Positions 29,898 to 39,092 of a DNA stretch of 64,000 nt are shown piece by piece. The notes below the pieces were generated by a model. It was given only the letters and a program-made list of their open reading frames with translations, did not search any database and was not told the origin of the DNA. Position numbers and translations under genes: made by a program. This stretch comes from an uncultured delta proteobacterium (GTDB lineage: Bacteria > Desulfobacterota > Syntrophia > Syntrophales > UBA2185): positions 441,051 through 505,050 of the forward strand of contig CAVSPA010000007.1 of the NCBI GenBank assembly GCA_963729715.1, written 5' to 3'. Position 1 is the stretch's first letter, and every line of letters starts with the position of its first letter.

Positions 29898-30695
29898 TTA
29901 GCGGTTGAGAAAAAGAAGGGGGGGGAATAACCCGCCCAGTTTCGCCCTTTTCTCCGCATCGCCTTCGTAAAAAACATGCTCGAGAAAAAGGCCGGAAGGG
30001 GGAGCCGTGCACTTTGCCGGCAGGTCGGATGTCTGTTCGAGCATAGCCTCAACATCTTGCGGAGTCAGGTTTCCTCTCCCCACTTCCACCAGAATCCCTG
30101 CCATTCTCCGTACCATTTTCCAGAGGAAGTGGGAACCTACAAATCGTAGGATGATCAAGTCATCCACCTCTTTTACCTCTACTGTGTCAAGTTTCACCTT
30201 CGTCGATGCGTCCTTATCCATCCTCTTGTCAGCAAAAGACACGAAGTCATGGAAGCCCTGAAAGATACGACCGGCGGTCTGCATTTTTTTGACATCCAGC
30301 CTGTCTCGAACCCACCATACATACCTTTTCCCGAAGGCAGTGCGCTGTTTCGAAATTATATAGATATAGCTTCTGCCTACGGCATAATGGCGGGCGTGAA
30401 AGCTGACGGGGACTTCTTCAACATCGAGGATATTGATATTGGAAGGAAGCAGATCATTCAAGCCTTCCCGTATCTTTCGCACGGGCATTGTCTTTGTTGT
30501 TCCCACATGGGCAACCTGGGCAAGGGCATGCACTCCCGCATCAGTGCGGCCTGCACCCTGAATTTCGACCTCTTCTCCGAATAGTTTTCCTGCCGCATGC
30601 ATCAGCGTTTCCTGAACGCTCCTGGCATTCTTCTGCGACTGCCAGCCTCTGTAGCTGGTTCCGTCGTATTCGAGGGTGATTTTATACTTATGCAT
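29898..30695 (-). CDS. truA: tRNA pseudouridine(38-40) synthase
   Basis: YDGT.Y.GWQ, AGRTDAGVHA, FHAR, FLWKMVR and TAPPSGLFL. Confidence 0.95.
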   Translation of the reverse strand: MHKYKITLEYDGTSYRGWQSQKNARSVQETLMHAAGKLFGEEVEIQGAGRTDAGVHALAQVAHVGTTKTMPVRKIREGLNDLLPSNINILDVEEVPVSFHARHYAVGRSYIYIISKQRTAFGKRYVWWVRDRLDVKKMQTAGRIFQGFHDFVSFADKRMDKDASTKVKLDTVEVKEVDDLIILRFVGSHFLWKMVRRMAGILVEVGRGNLTPQDVEAMLEQTSDLPAKCTAPPSGLFLEHVFYEGDAEKRAKLGGLFPPLLFLNR

Positions 30696-30785
30696 TATAG
30701 GGAGAATACCTGTGGTGGCTGCTCGTGTAGCCTTTCATAATTACAAAGCATTTCATGGCGGCAAGCAAGGTAATGCGGCAATCTA

Positions 30786-31442
30786 TCAGGCTGCCATCTT
30801 TAAAACTTCTTTGATTAACTTCTCAATACCCAGGGCCACCTTAGAGATTGATGGACCCAACATATACGCGGGAGTGGTCACGATCTTATTTTTCCGGTCA
30901 ACCACGACACTGTCCACAGGAGACGCGACATGTTTGCCACCCATCTTCTCAATAGCCTCCGCAGTATCTTTGTCGCTGCCTATTGTCAGCTGCGGATGGA
31001 ATGATCCCAGCACCCTTGCTGCAATGACCGGGGCGATACAGATAAATCCGATGGGTTTCTTCGCCGAATGCATTTCTTTTACCAGTTTCTGGTCATCCGC
31101 ATTGACGGTGCAGTCCGCCCCCTTCACGGCAAAGCTGCACAAATTTTTTGCGGCTCCGAATCCACCGGGGAAAACCAGCGCATCGAGATCGGTAGCCTTC
31201 ACATCTTTGATGTCCTTGATATCCCCTCTCGCGATGCGGGATGACTCGATAAGGGTATTCCTCTTCTCGCCGACAGCTTCACCCTTCATATGGTTTATGA
31301 CATCCACCTGATCCGCATCAGGGGCCATACAGATTATCTGCTACCCCGCCTTGTCAAGGTAAAGCAGCGTCAGGGCTGCCTCATGAATTTCGGCGCCATC
31401 GTATACCCCGCAGCCAGATAGCACTATCCCTACTCTCGCCAT
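30786..31442 (-). pseudogene. elbB: ElbB/ES1-family glyoxalase with in-frame TAG at 31341-31343 (codon 34)
   Basis: [40 protein letters not shown]...ESSRIARG...PGGFGAAKNL...TTPAYM. Confidence 0.85.
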
Positions 31443-31540
31443 CTCCTACCTCCTTATTCTTCTATTAGAGATTAATCCGCGCTTCGCTCGCAGTGACCGG
31501 CCGGATATTTTCTGAGGGATTTAGCCCGCCATAAATGTCG

Positions 31541-33700
31541 TTATTTCTTGGCATCACCGACTGCCTCAAGGATGATCCTGCAGTCGGCAACTGTCGCCCC
31601 CTTCCCTTCTCCGTGAACTATGAGCGGGTTTATATCCATTTCCTTGATTTCCGGATGATTAACGACCATATTCGACAGACTTATGATTGCTTTCTCGATT
31701 GCCTCGATGTCAGCCCGCGGCCGACCTCTGAAACCTGTGAGAAGCTTGTATCCCTTGATCTCTTGAACCATCCTGTAGGTCTCATTTCTATATATCGGCG
31801 CAAGACGAAATACGACATCCTGAAATATCTCGACGAAAACTCCCCCGAGGCCGAACATAAGCAAAGGCCCTAAAGAGGTGCGGTTGACGCCCAGTATCAG
31901 TTCTTCTCCCTGCATGGCCATCTTTTGCACCATAACCCCGTCGATCACGGCATCAGGCTTAAACTTCTTTGCATTCTCGATGATTTCACGGAAGGCTTTT
32001 CTTGCTTCATCTTTATCCCTGATTCCCACGACCACACCTTTTGCATCCGTTTTGTGGAGAATCTGCGCAGAAGCGATCTTCATGACTACCGGGAAGGCCA
32101 TGCCTTCTCCGATATCGGCAGCCTCGTCCGCATTTTTCGCAAGACCGGAAGGCAGAAGGCCGAATCCGTAATACTTCAAGAGCTCGATACTGTCCATTTC
32201 GCCAAGCTGTACTTTTCCCTGAGCAAGACATCTGGCAATCGCATCGGCCGCCTTATCCTTTTCGTAGGTCAGGGCAAACTGCGGAAGGTGTTCCCTGTTC
32301 ATCCACCGGGAGTATCGGTAAAGTATACCGAACGCCTTCGCTGCGTTTTCCGGGAACCTGTAAACAGGATAGCCGTTCTCCTGCAGATACTTAACGCCGG
32401 GAGAAACATCGACAATGCCCATGAAGCAGCATATGATTGGTTTCCGGGCCCCTCTCGCAACGCGGACAATGGCCTGGGCAGTGCCGAGGGCATCTGTCAT
32501 GGATTGGGGGGTCAGGATGACGAGGGCACCATCGACTCCTTTATCTCTTATTACCGCTCTTAAGGCATGCTCGTAACGTTCGGAAGGCGCATCCCCGATG
32601 ATATCAACAGGGTTGTGGATGTTCGCTGTCAAGGGAAGATGGCTTGCCAGATCATCGATCGTTGCCTGCTCAAACGTGGCAAGCAAGAGGTCAGACGAAA
32701 CCGTCACGTCCGTTGCCAGGATACCCGGCCCGCCGGCATTGGTGACAATGGCGACGTGGTTTCCCTTCGGCAGGATCCTTGCCCGTTTCCCCAGCTTGCT
32801 CTCCTGTTTGTAGGCGAAGACATTTGCATAGTCAAAGAGCTCGTCAATGGAATCCGCACGGATGAGACCTGACTGCTTGAAGATGGCATCGTATACGGCC
32901 TCCGTCCCTGCCAGAGCGCCTGTATGAGAAGCCGCTGCCGCCGCGCCTGCCGTTGTCCTCCCCGACTTTATGGCAAGAACCGGAGTGGGTCTCGCCCCTG
33001 AGGTAATCTCCTTTACGGTTGAAATGAATTCTACACCCTTCCTCAGCTCCTCCACGTACATCATGACAACAGCAGTGTCCGGGTCCTCGTGAAAGAACTG
33101 CAAGAGGTCCAGCTCATCCACGTCGGCCTTGTTGCCTATGGAGATGAACTTTGAAAAACCGATGTCCCTGTCTGCGGCAAAATCGAGAACCGCCGTACAC
33201 AGCGCTCCACTCTGAGAAATAAAAGATATATTGCCCGGTGAGGGCATGCGGGCAGAGAAACTGGCGTTCAGGCTGACGGTGGGTATAGGATTGATCACCC
33301 CGAGACAGTTGGGCCCGACGAGTCTAACTTTCGCCTCTTTGCACATGGCGACGATCCTGTTTTCGATTTCAAGCCCTTCACCGCCGACTTCTCTAAAACC
33401 GGCGGAAACGATTACAAACCCTTTTATCCCTTTCTTGACGCCTTCTTCTATGGCAGCAAGGGACGCAGTAGGCGGAAGAATGATTATCCCGAGATCTATA
33501 TTATCGGGTATTTCCGTAACGGAATGGTAGGCCTTGACACTGAGAATCGACTTGGCCTTGGGATTAACAGGATACAGAGTGCCCTGGTAGTGGCCGCTCA
33601 GGATGTTGGCAAAGATATCATGCCCCACTTTTCCCGGTGTGTTTGATGCTCCTATGATAGCAACAGATTCCGGCGAGAATATAGCATTTAGCCCGTTCAT
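31541..33700 (-). CDS. Acetate/acyl-CoA ligase (ADP-forming), alpha-beta fusion
   Basis: IGAS, GPNCLG, SQSGA, SHTGALAG, NAGG, HKTD and DINP. Confidence 0.9.
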   Translation of the reverse strand: MNGLNAIFSPESVAIIGASNTPGKVGHDIFANILSGHYQGTLYPVNPKAKSILSVKAYHSVTEIPDNIDLGIIILPPTASLAAIEEGVKKGIKGFVIVSAGFREVGGEGLEIENRIVAMCKEAKVRLVGPNCLGVINPIPTVSLNASFSARMPSPGNISFISQSGALCTAVLDFAADRDIGFSKFISIGNKADVDELDLLQFFHEDPDTAVVMMYVEELRKGVEFISTVKEITSGARPTPVLAIKSGRTTAGAAAAASHTGALAGTEAVYDAIFKQSGLIRADSIDELFDYANVFAYKQESKLGKRARILPKGNHVAIVTNAGGPGILATDVTVSSDLLLATFEQATIDDLASHLPLTANIHNPVDIIGDAPSERYEHALRAVIRDKGVDGALVILTPQSMTDALGTAQAIVRVARGARKPIICCFMGIVDVSPGVKYLQENGYPVYRFPENAAKAFGILYRYSRWMNREHLPQFALTYEKDKAADAIARCLAQGKVQLGEMDSIELLKYYGFGLLPSGLAKNADEAADIGEGMAFPVVMKIASAQILHKTDAKGVVVGIRDKDEARKAFREIIENAKKFKPDAVIDGVMVQKMAMQGEELILGVNRTSLGPLLMFGLGGVFVEIFQDVVFRLAPIYRNETYRMVQEIKGYKLLTGFRGRPRADIEAIEKAIISLSNMVVNHPEIKEMDINPLIVHGEGKGATVADCRIILEAVGDAKK

Positions 33701-33711
33701 ATTATTTCCTC

Positions 33712-35064
33712 TCATTGTTTAGATATTTCTGAATTTCCGGGGTTTATCAATAGAGTCATGCCCAGGATGCCATTTAGATAGCCCATCTCGTGATTATCAC
33801 CATCTTGAAATTCTATTCCCGGATGAAGCGTTGTAATTGCCGCATGACCGACTATCCTTCTCGTTTCTCTGCCTAAAAGATCCTTTGTTCTCACTCCCCA
33901 CATATTATGGAAAACGAGGATATTGCCCTTATAGCTTCCAATATACAGCATAATATGTCCCCTGCGCCATATCAATGTCAGATAAGGGATGCCCTGCTTC
34001 AGGATCATCGCTTCCTTTTCCTTCGGAGAAAGTTTCTCAAGGTTTATGAACCTCCCGCCCTCTTTTGCCTGATCGGCCGAATGCCTCGGCAGCCAAAGCC
34101 CGAATGGTGCAAACAGATCCTTTGTCATAGCTGAACAGTCCCTGTTTTGATACAAGCCGCCCCAGCCGTAAGGTTCGTTTATCAATTCGTTGGCAAGTTT
34201 AGCTATATTGGAATTGGTCAGTCTTAAGGGTTTTGAAGCCGCTCTATCTTTAGAAACGACGGCGCTTTTCGTAAATGCCTTGCCGTCTTGATCCGTCACG
34301 GCCACAAGCAGCTTGATATTTTTTGTATCGTCCCCAAGTTTGGGAAACACCGAGCCTAAGGGGACCTTGAACAGAAACCGCCCTTCTTCGTCGTACACAG
34401 GAATTTTATCCTTTATGATAACTGCGTACCTGCCCGTCTCCCAAGCTTTCACGAAATTGCCATCCACACGGGCTATATTTCTTGCCGATATCCAACCCAC
34501 CGCATACGGCGTTTCCGCCAAAACCCAGGCCTTGTCCTTCGTCATGTGGGATATGAAAACGGGCGTATTCGCCGCGACAGAAGACTCCTGGAGGCTATCA
34601 AAGGGAAATCCGCGATCTATATCGGCGTCATAGAAGCGGGGCTTATGCGTGGGCAAAACCCTCAAATCAGAATTATCAATGGTAATGGCCGCGAAGCATG
34701 CATTCGGATAATTCTCCAGTTGGGCATTGGCAGCGAGATCTCTCATCCATGACATATCATGTTTTCTTCTATTTTCACCATAGCCCGGATTATCTCCGTA
34801 TTTTTTGAATGCCGCTTCGACGGTCTCCCTGGAATAGGATGCCGTAACCCGATGCCAGGGGGAAAAAAATATGGAGTCATAATTGGCATCCATTTTTTTT
34901 TGATCATCAGCGGTTAAGAGCCCGCGATCAGAAGCGGTCTTATCTATATAGAACAGGTTGTCCTGCTTGAGGTCCCGGACTTCCCCGATCGTCGCAGGAG
35001 TTCCGGCACACGCAGATGTAAGTAAGATCAGGGCGAGCAAAATGGGGATATTATTCAATCTCAT
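33712..35064 (-). CDS. SH3-NlpC/P60 lipoprotein peptidoglycan hydrolase
   Basis: Lipobox LTSAC; PYGWGG, RDCSA, LPRHS and GHIMLY. Confidence 0.88.
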   Translation of the reverse strand: MRLNNIPILLALILLTSACAGTPATIGEVRDLKQDNLFYIDKTASDRGLLTADDQKKMDANYDSIFFSPWHRVTASYSRETVEAAFKKYGDNPGYGENRRKHDMSWMRDLAANAQLENYPNACFAAITIDNSDLRVLPTHKPRFYDADIDRGFPFDSLQESSVAANTPVFISHMTKDKAWVLAETPYAVGWISARNIARVDGNFVKAWETGRYAVIIKDKIPVYDEEGRFLFKVPLGSVFPKLGDDTKNIKLLVAVTDQDGKAFTKSAVVSKDRAASKPLRLTNSNIAKLANELINEPYGWGGLYQNRDCSAMTKDLFAPFGLWLPRHSADQAKEGGRFINLEKLSPKEKEAMILKQGIPYLTLIWRRGHIMLYIGSYKGNILVFHNMWGVRTKDLLGRETRRIVGHAAITTLHPGIEFQDGDNHEMGYLNGILGMTLLINPGNSEISKQ

Positions 35065-35262
35065 GTAACCAATGGACTCCAATTCTTATATTAGGTATTT
35101 TTTCTAAGGTATGCAATAGTTTTGTATGTCCCTCATATGTCAGTGTTCCGACAAAAGAGTTTCTTATGGAATTTAGAAGAAAAGATTGGTATAAAAACAA
35201 AAGGGGTTGGAAAAAACAACTGCATAGCTTCATCCCGTTTAAAATGAAAGGAGGTAACGCGC

Positions 35263-35748
35263 GTGGTACCAACAGATCTACTCAAGAATTACAGCTTTTT
35301 CAAAGGCTTCACTGGTGAAGAGTTAAAGAAATTTGCAGATATTGCGACCGAGGCATCTTATAAGGCCGGTGTCCAGATATGGAAGAAGGGAGAATCCGCA
35401 GAAAATCTGTCCCTTTTGAAAGAGGGCAAGGTTCTCATGACAATGGATACCTATGCGGGACCTACCAGACCGCCTATGCAGGTGACTGTAGATATTGTCA
35501 CGAAGGGTGACGCCATGGGGTGGTCGGCAGTCGTTGAGCCTTACATCTATACCTTGGGAGCCCGATGCATCGATGATTCGCAAGTGATTAATTTTAATTC
35601 GGCGAAAGTGAAAGAGGTGTTAAACAGCGATAAGGCCTTAGGATTAAAATTTATGCATGCAATTGCAAAAATAGTAGCTGCCCGTCTGACCCACACGGAG
35701 ATCATACTGGTCGGTGAACGAGGCCTTTCTGTTTTGTCGGATGCTTGA
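35263..35748 (+). CDS. Cyclic-nucleotide-binding domain protein
   Basis: LKNYSFFKGF..., GDAMGWSA and YTLGARC; AAGGAGGT RBS. Confidence 0.8.
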   Translation: MVPTDLLKNYSFFKGFTGEELKKFADIATEASYKAGVQIWKKGESAENLSLLKEGKVLMTMDTYAGPTRPPMQVTVDIVTKGDAMGWSAVVEPYIYTLGARCIDDSQVINFNSAKVKEVLNSDKALGLKFMHAIAKIVAARLTHTEIILVGERGLSVLSDA

Positions 35749-35764
35749 TGAGGGAGGAAACCTC

Positions 35765-35980
35765 ATGGCGGAGGAGATCATCATTTACGGCAAGGGGGGC
35801 TGACCGTTCACAGACCAGGCCCGGTTGGCCTATGGAGATAAGGCAAAGTACGTAGATGTGAAATCTGATAATACACAATTGCAGGAGATGCTCAAACTTT
35901 CCGGCGGCCTCAGGCAAGTTCCCGTCATTCTGGAAAGTGGCAAGGTAAGAATTGGCTACGGAGGCACCTGAGGCGTGTAA
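35765..35980 (+). CDS. Glutaredoxin-like selenoprotein with two predicted Sec residues (UXX-star type), 71 aa
   Basis: MAEEIIIYGKGG-U-PFTDQAR...GLRQVPVILESGKVRIGYGGT-U-GV*; TGA at 35801 and 35969; GGAGGA RBS; hairpin about 11 nt after each TGA. Confidence 0.85.
35815..35835 (+). promoter_or_regulatory. Candidate SECIS 1
   Basis: CC-AGGCC-cggtt-GGCCT-at-GG hairpin after TGA 35801. Confidence 0.6.
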
Positions 35981-35982
35981 AA

Positions 35983-35999
35983 GCCGATCGGTGATCGGC
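35983..35999 (+). promoter_or_regulatory. Candidate SECIS 2 (in the 3' UTR)
   Basis: GCCGATC-ggt-GATCGGC starting 11 nt after TGA 35969-35971. Confidence 0.7.
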
Positions 36000-36088
36000 C
36001 GCACCCAATATCGGGAATATCTCTTCGGCACAATTTGTTTTTCATTCTGAATGTTCATTTCTTGTAAGAGGGAGGTTCAAGAGTAAAT

Positions 36089-37555
36089 ATGGTGAGTAAG
36101 TTACAGAGGCTCTTTATCTTCATTCCTTTTCTGATTTTGCTGCCCTTCATGCTCATTGCAGACTTTCATTGCCTGCCCGCAGAACTGTGCGTCCATAAGG
36201 CCTTTGCCGTCCCGGCAGAAAGGGTCGTCAGGGAGCCGGTGTCTTTTGCCGATCTGGCGGAGAAATGGAGCCCTACGGTGGTAAATATCAGCACAACAAC
36301 TATTGTCAAAGGCCGCGCGGGATCGCCTTTTGGAGACGATATGCCTTTCCAGAGGTTTTTCGGCGAGGACGACCACTTCAGAAGATTCTTTGAAGAGGCA
36401 CCGCAAAGGGAATTTAAACAGAGAAGTCTTGGTTCAGGATTCATCATATCCAGCGACGGCTACATATTTACGAATAATCATGTTATCGAGAAAGCCGATA
36501 AGATAAAGGTGAAGCTTGCAGGCGGCAAGGAATATGACGCGGAAGTTAAAGGCAAAGATCCCACTACCGATATAGCCCTGATAAAGATAAAACCCGAGGG
36601 CAGCCTGCCTGTCGTTGAGTTCGGCGATTCTGATAAACTGAGGGTGGGTGACTGGGTATTGGCCATCGGCAACCCTTTCGGTCTGGAACACACGGTCACA
36701 GCAGGAATTGTAAGCGCCAAGGGACGCGTCATAGGTTCGGGGCCGTATGATAATTTTATACAAACTGACGCTTCCATAAATCCGGGCAACAGCGGCGGCC
36801 CTCTCTTCAATATGGGGGGCAAGGTCATCGGCATTAATACGGCCATCGTTGCTCAGGGGCACGGGATCGGATTTGCCATACCGATTAATACTGCAAAAAG
36901 TATTCTCGCCGACCTTAAAACGAAGGGCAGCGTTACCCGTGGCTGGTTGGGAATTTCCATACAGGATATCACGGAAGGCATTGCCGAAAATTTGAAGCTT
37001 AAGGACATGAAAGGCGCCCTCGTGGGCCATGTCTTCGAGGGCGATCCTGCTGACAAGGCCGGCATAAAAACAGGTGATATAATCATCGAAATAGCGGGGA
37101 AGAAGATTCAGAATTCTCACGAACTGATGATAATCGTTGCGGCCCTCACGGTCGGAGAGAAAATAACGGTGAAGATTTTGCGGGATGGGAAGGAAAAGAC
37201 ACTCTCCGCCGTAGTCGGTGAAAGGAAAGAGGAAAAAGAGATAGCCCGCAAAGGCAAGGCCCGTGAGTACTACGGCATGGCGGTCCAAGAAATCACCCCT
37301 GATATGGCAAAATATCTCGGTCTTTCCGGAAAGGGCGGGGTCATAATCTCGCAGATACGCGAAGGGAGCCCGGCCGATGACGCCGGGCTGAAGGTCCAGG
37401 ATATAATTCTGCAGATCGACAGAGTGAAAATCTCCTCCATGAAAGATTTTCAGAGCGAGATCAAGAAGGAATCCCAGGAGGGGACCATTTTGCTTCTCAT
37501 TAAGAGGGGCGAAATGAGCGTCTTTGTGACGCTGAGAAAGGGGGCAGCGAAGTAA
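36089..37555 (+). CDS. degP: Do/DegP-family serine protease with two PDZ domains
   Basis: LGSGF, TNNHV, DIAL, IQTDASINPGNSGG and RGWLG. Confidence 0.93.
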   Translation: MVSKLQRLFIFIPFLILLPFMLIADFHCLPAELCVHKAFAVPAERVVREPVSFADLAEKWSPTVVNISTTTIVKGRAGSPFGDDMPFQRFFGEDDHFRRFFEEAPQREFKQRSLGSGFIISSDGYIFTNNHVIEKADKIKVKLAGGKEYDAEVKGKDPTTDIALIKIKPEGSLPVVEFGDSDKLRVGDWVLAIGNPFGLEHTVTAGIVSAKGRVIGSGPYDNFIQTDASINPGNSGGPLFNMGGKVIGINTAIVAQGHGIGFAIPINTAKSILADLKTKGSVTRGWLGISIQDITEGIAENLKLKDMKGALVGHVFEGDPADKAGIKTGDIIIEIAGKKIQNSHELMIIVAALTVGEKITVKILRDGKEKTLSAVVGERKEEKEIARKGKAREYYGMAVQEITPDMAKYLGLSGKGGVIISQIREGSPADDAGLKVQDIILQIDRVKISSMKDFQSEIKKESQEGTILLLIKRGEMSVFVTLRKGAAK

Positions 37556-37678
37556 TCATCCTTATTATTGACATATCATTCACAAGCTGATAAATGAGCC
37601 TACCAATACCCGTTATCGTAATGATAATGCCATGGCTCGACCCGCGCATAGGGGACAATGAATTTTAGGAGGGGTGAA

Positions 37679-38227
37679 ATGAAATATCTTGTTCCCAAAA
37701 AGATTTTTTTTACAAAGGGTGTCGGCACACATAAGGATGAACTCCACTCGTTTGAGCGGGCCCTGAGGGAAGCAGACATAGAAAAATTCAACCTTGTTCA
37801 GGTATCGAGCATATTCCCGCCGCACTGCAAGATGGTATCAAAGACCCAGGGCCTGAAGGAAATGGTTCCCGGCGCTATGACTTTCTGTGTCATGAGCCGC
37901 TGCTGTAGCAATGAACCGAAGAGACTCCTCGCTGCGTCCGTTGGCTGCGCCGTCCCGGCCGACGTATCGTCTTACGGGTATATCAGCGAACACCATGCAT
38001 TCGGTCAGACGGAGAAGCAGGCCGGTGATTATGCGGAAGACCTCGCCGCCGCCATGCTGGCATCCACGTTGGGCATTGACTTTGATGTCGATGAAAGCTG
38101 GGATGAGAAGAAGGAAATTTTCAAGATCAGCGGCAAGATAGTAAGGACGCGCAACGTGACCCAGTCTGCGATTGTAAAGAACTCCGGGTATACCACGGTC
38201 GTTGCCGCTGCTGTATTTGTTTTCTGA
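37679..38227 (+). CDS. pdaD: Pyruvoyl-dependent arginine decarboxylase
   Basis: SFERALREA and [11 protein letters not shown] (Ser-Ser cleavage site); YGYISEHH. Confidence 0.88.
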   Translation: MKYLVPKKIFFTKGVGTHKDELHSFERALREADIEKFNLVQVSSIFPPHCKMVSKTQGLKEMVPGAMTFCVMSRCCSNEPKRLLAASVGCAVPADVSSYGYISEHHAFGQTEKQAGDYAEDLAAAMLASTLGIDFDVDESWDEKKEIFKISGKIVRTRNVTQSAIVKNSGYTTVVAAAVFVF

Positions 38228-38339
38228 ATCCTATTGCTAGCGCATCTGTTGTCGTAACCGTTTGAGCATCGCCTTTTTTACACCCTGTTGAGGTCAGATT
38301 TCCTGTTCGTCTTTTTTTGTAGCAATAGTTAGAACATCT

Positions 38340-39092
38340 ATGAAGAACAGGCCCACCAGTATTCTATTCAGCCCTTTTTTTATTTTCATCGTCGTCACTG
38401 CTTTGTCAATCCCATCAGCATGTCCCCCTGCCTCTGCCGCCAAATTCACTGATGATGACTTCCGGAAACAGCGTCTCTCCATGGTAAAAGAGCAGATTCT
38501 GGAAAGGGGCGTCAAAGACCGCAGTGTGCTGGAGGCGATTATGGCGGTGCCGCGCCATAAGTTCGTTTCGGAGAATTACTTAAACAGGGCCTATGACGAC
38601 AGCCACGTGCCCATTGGATATGGACAGACCATCTCCCAGCCGTATATTGTGGCGTACATGACTGAAATTCTGAACCTGACTAAGAACAGCAGGGTTCTGG
38701 AAGTGGGCACGGGATAGGGCTACCAGGCCGCGATCCTTTCCCCCATCGTCAAGCATGTTTACACAATCGAAATTATCGCTGAACTGGCAAAGTCTGCTGC
38801 CGTCCTTCTGAAAGATTTGGGCTTCCATAATGTTGAAACGGCAATCGGCGACGGCTACTACGGCTGGAATAAGTACGCACCGTTTGATGCCATCATCGTC
38901 ACCGCAGCGGCAGGTCATATTCCACCGCCCCTCGTAGAACCGCTGAGGAATAACGGCAGGATGGTCATCCCCGTGGGAGGCTCCTTCCCGGTTCAGAATC
39001 TTATCCTGGTGACTAAGGATAAGGATGGCAATGCAACCACGAGAAACCTGATACCGGTGCGTTTCGTTCCCCTGACCGGCAGGCACGATTGA
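38340..39092 (+). pseudogene. pcm: Protein-L-isoaspartate O-methyltransferase with in-frame TAG at 38715
   Basis: VPRHKFV, GQTISQPY, VLEVGTG*GYQAA, APFDAIIVTAA and VRFVPL in one frame. Confidence 0.88.

Noticed and set aside
35207..35226. Sigma54 promoter upstream of the cNMP-domain gene
   Set aside because: GG-GC spacing is 11 nt rather than 10, and the consensus is poor.
31341..38717. Pyrrolysine/amber read-through in elbB and pcm
   Set aside because: The pcm TAG replaces the small Ser of the SAM-binding GTGSG loop (TCG>TAG is one change). No pyl genes are in the window, and TAG ends several normal genes.
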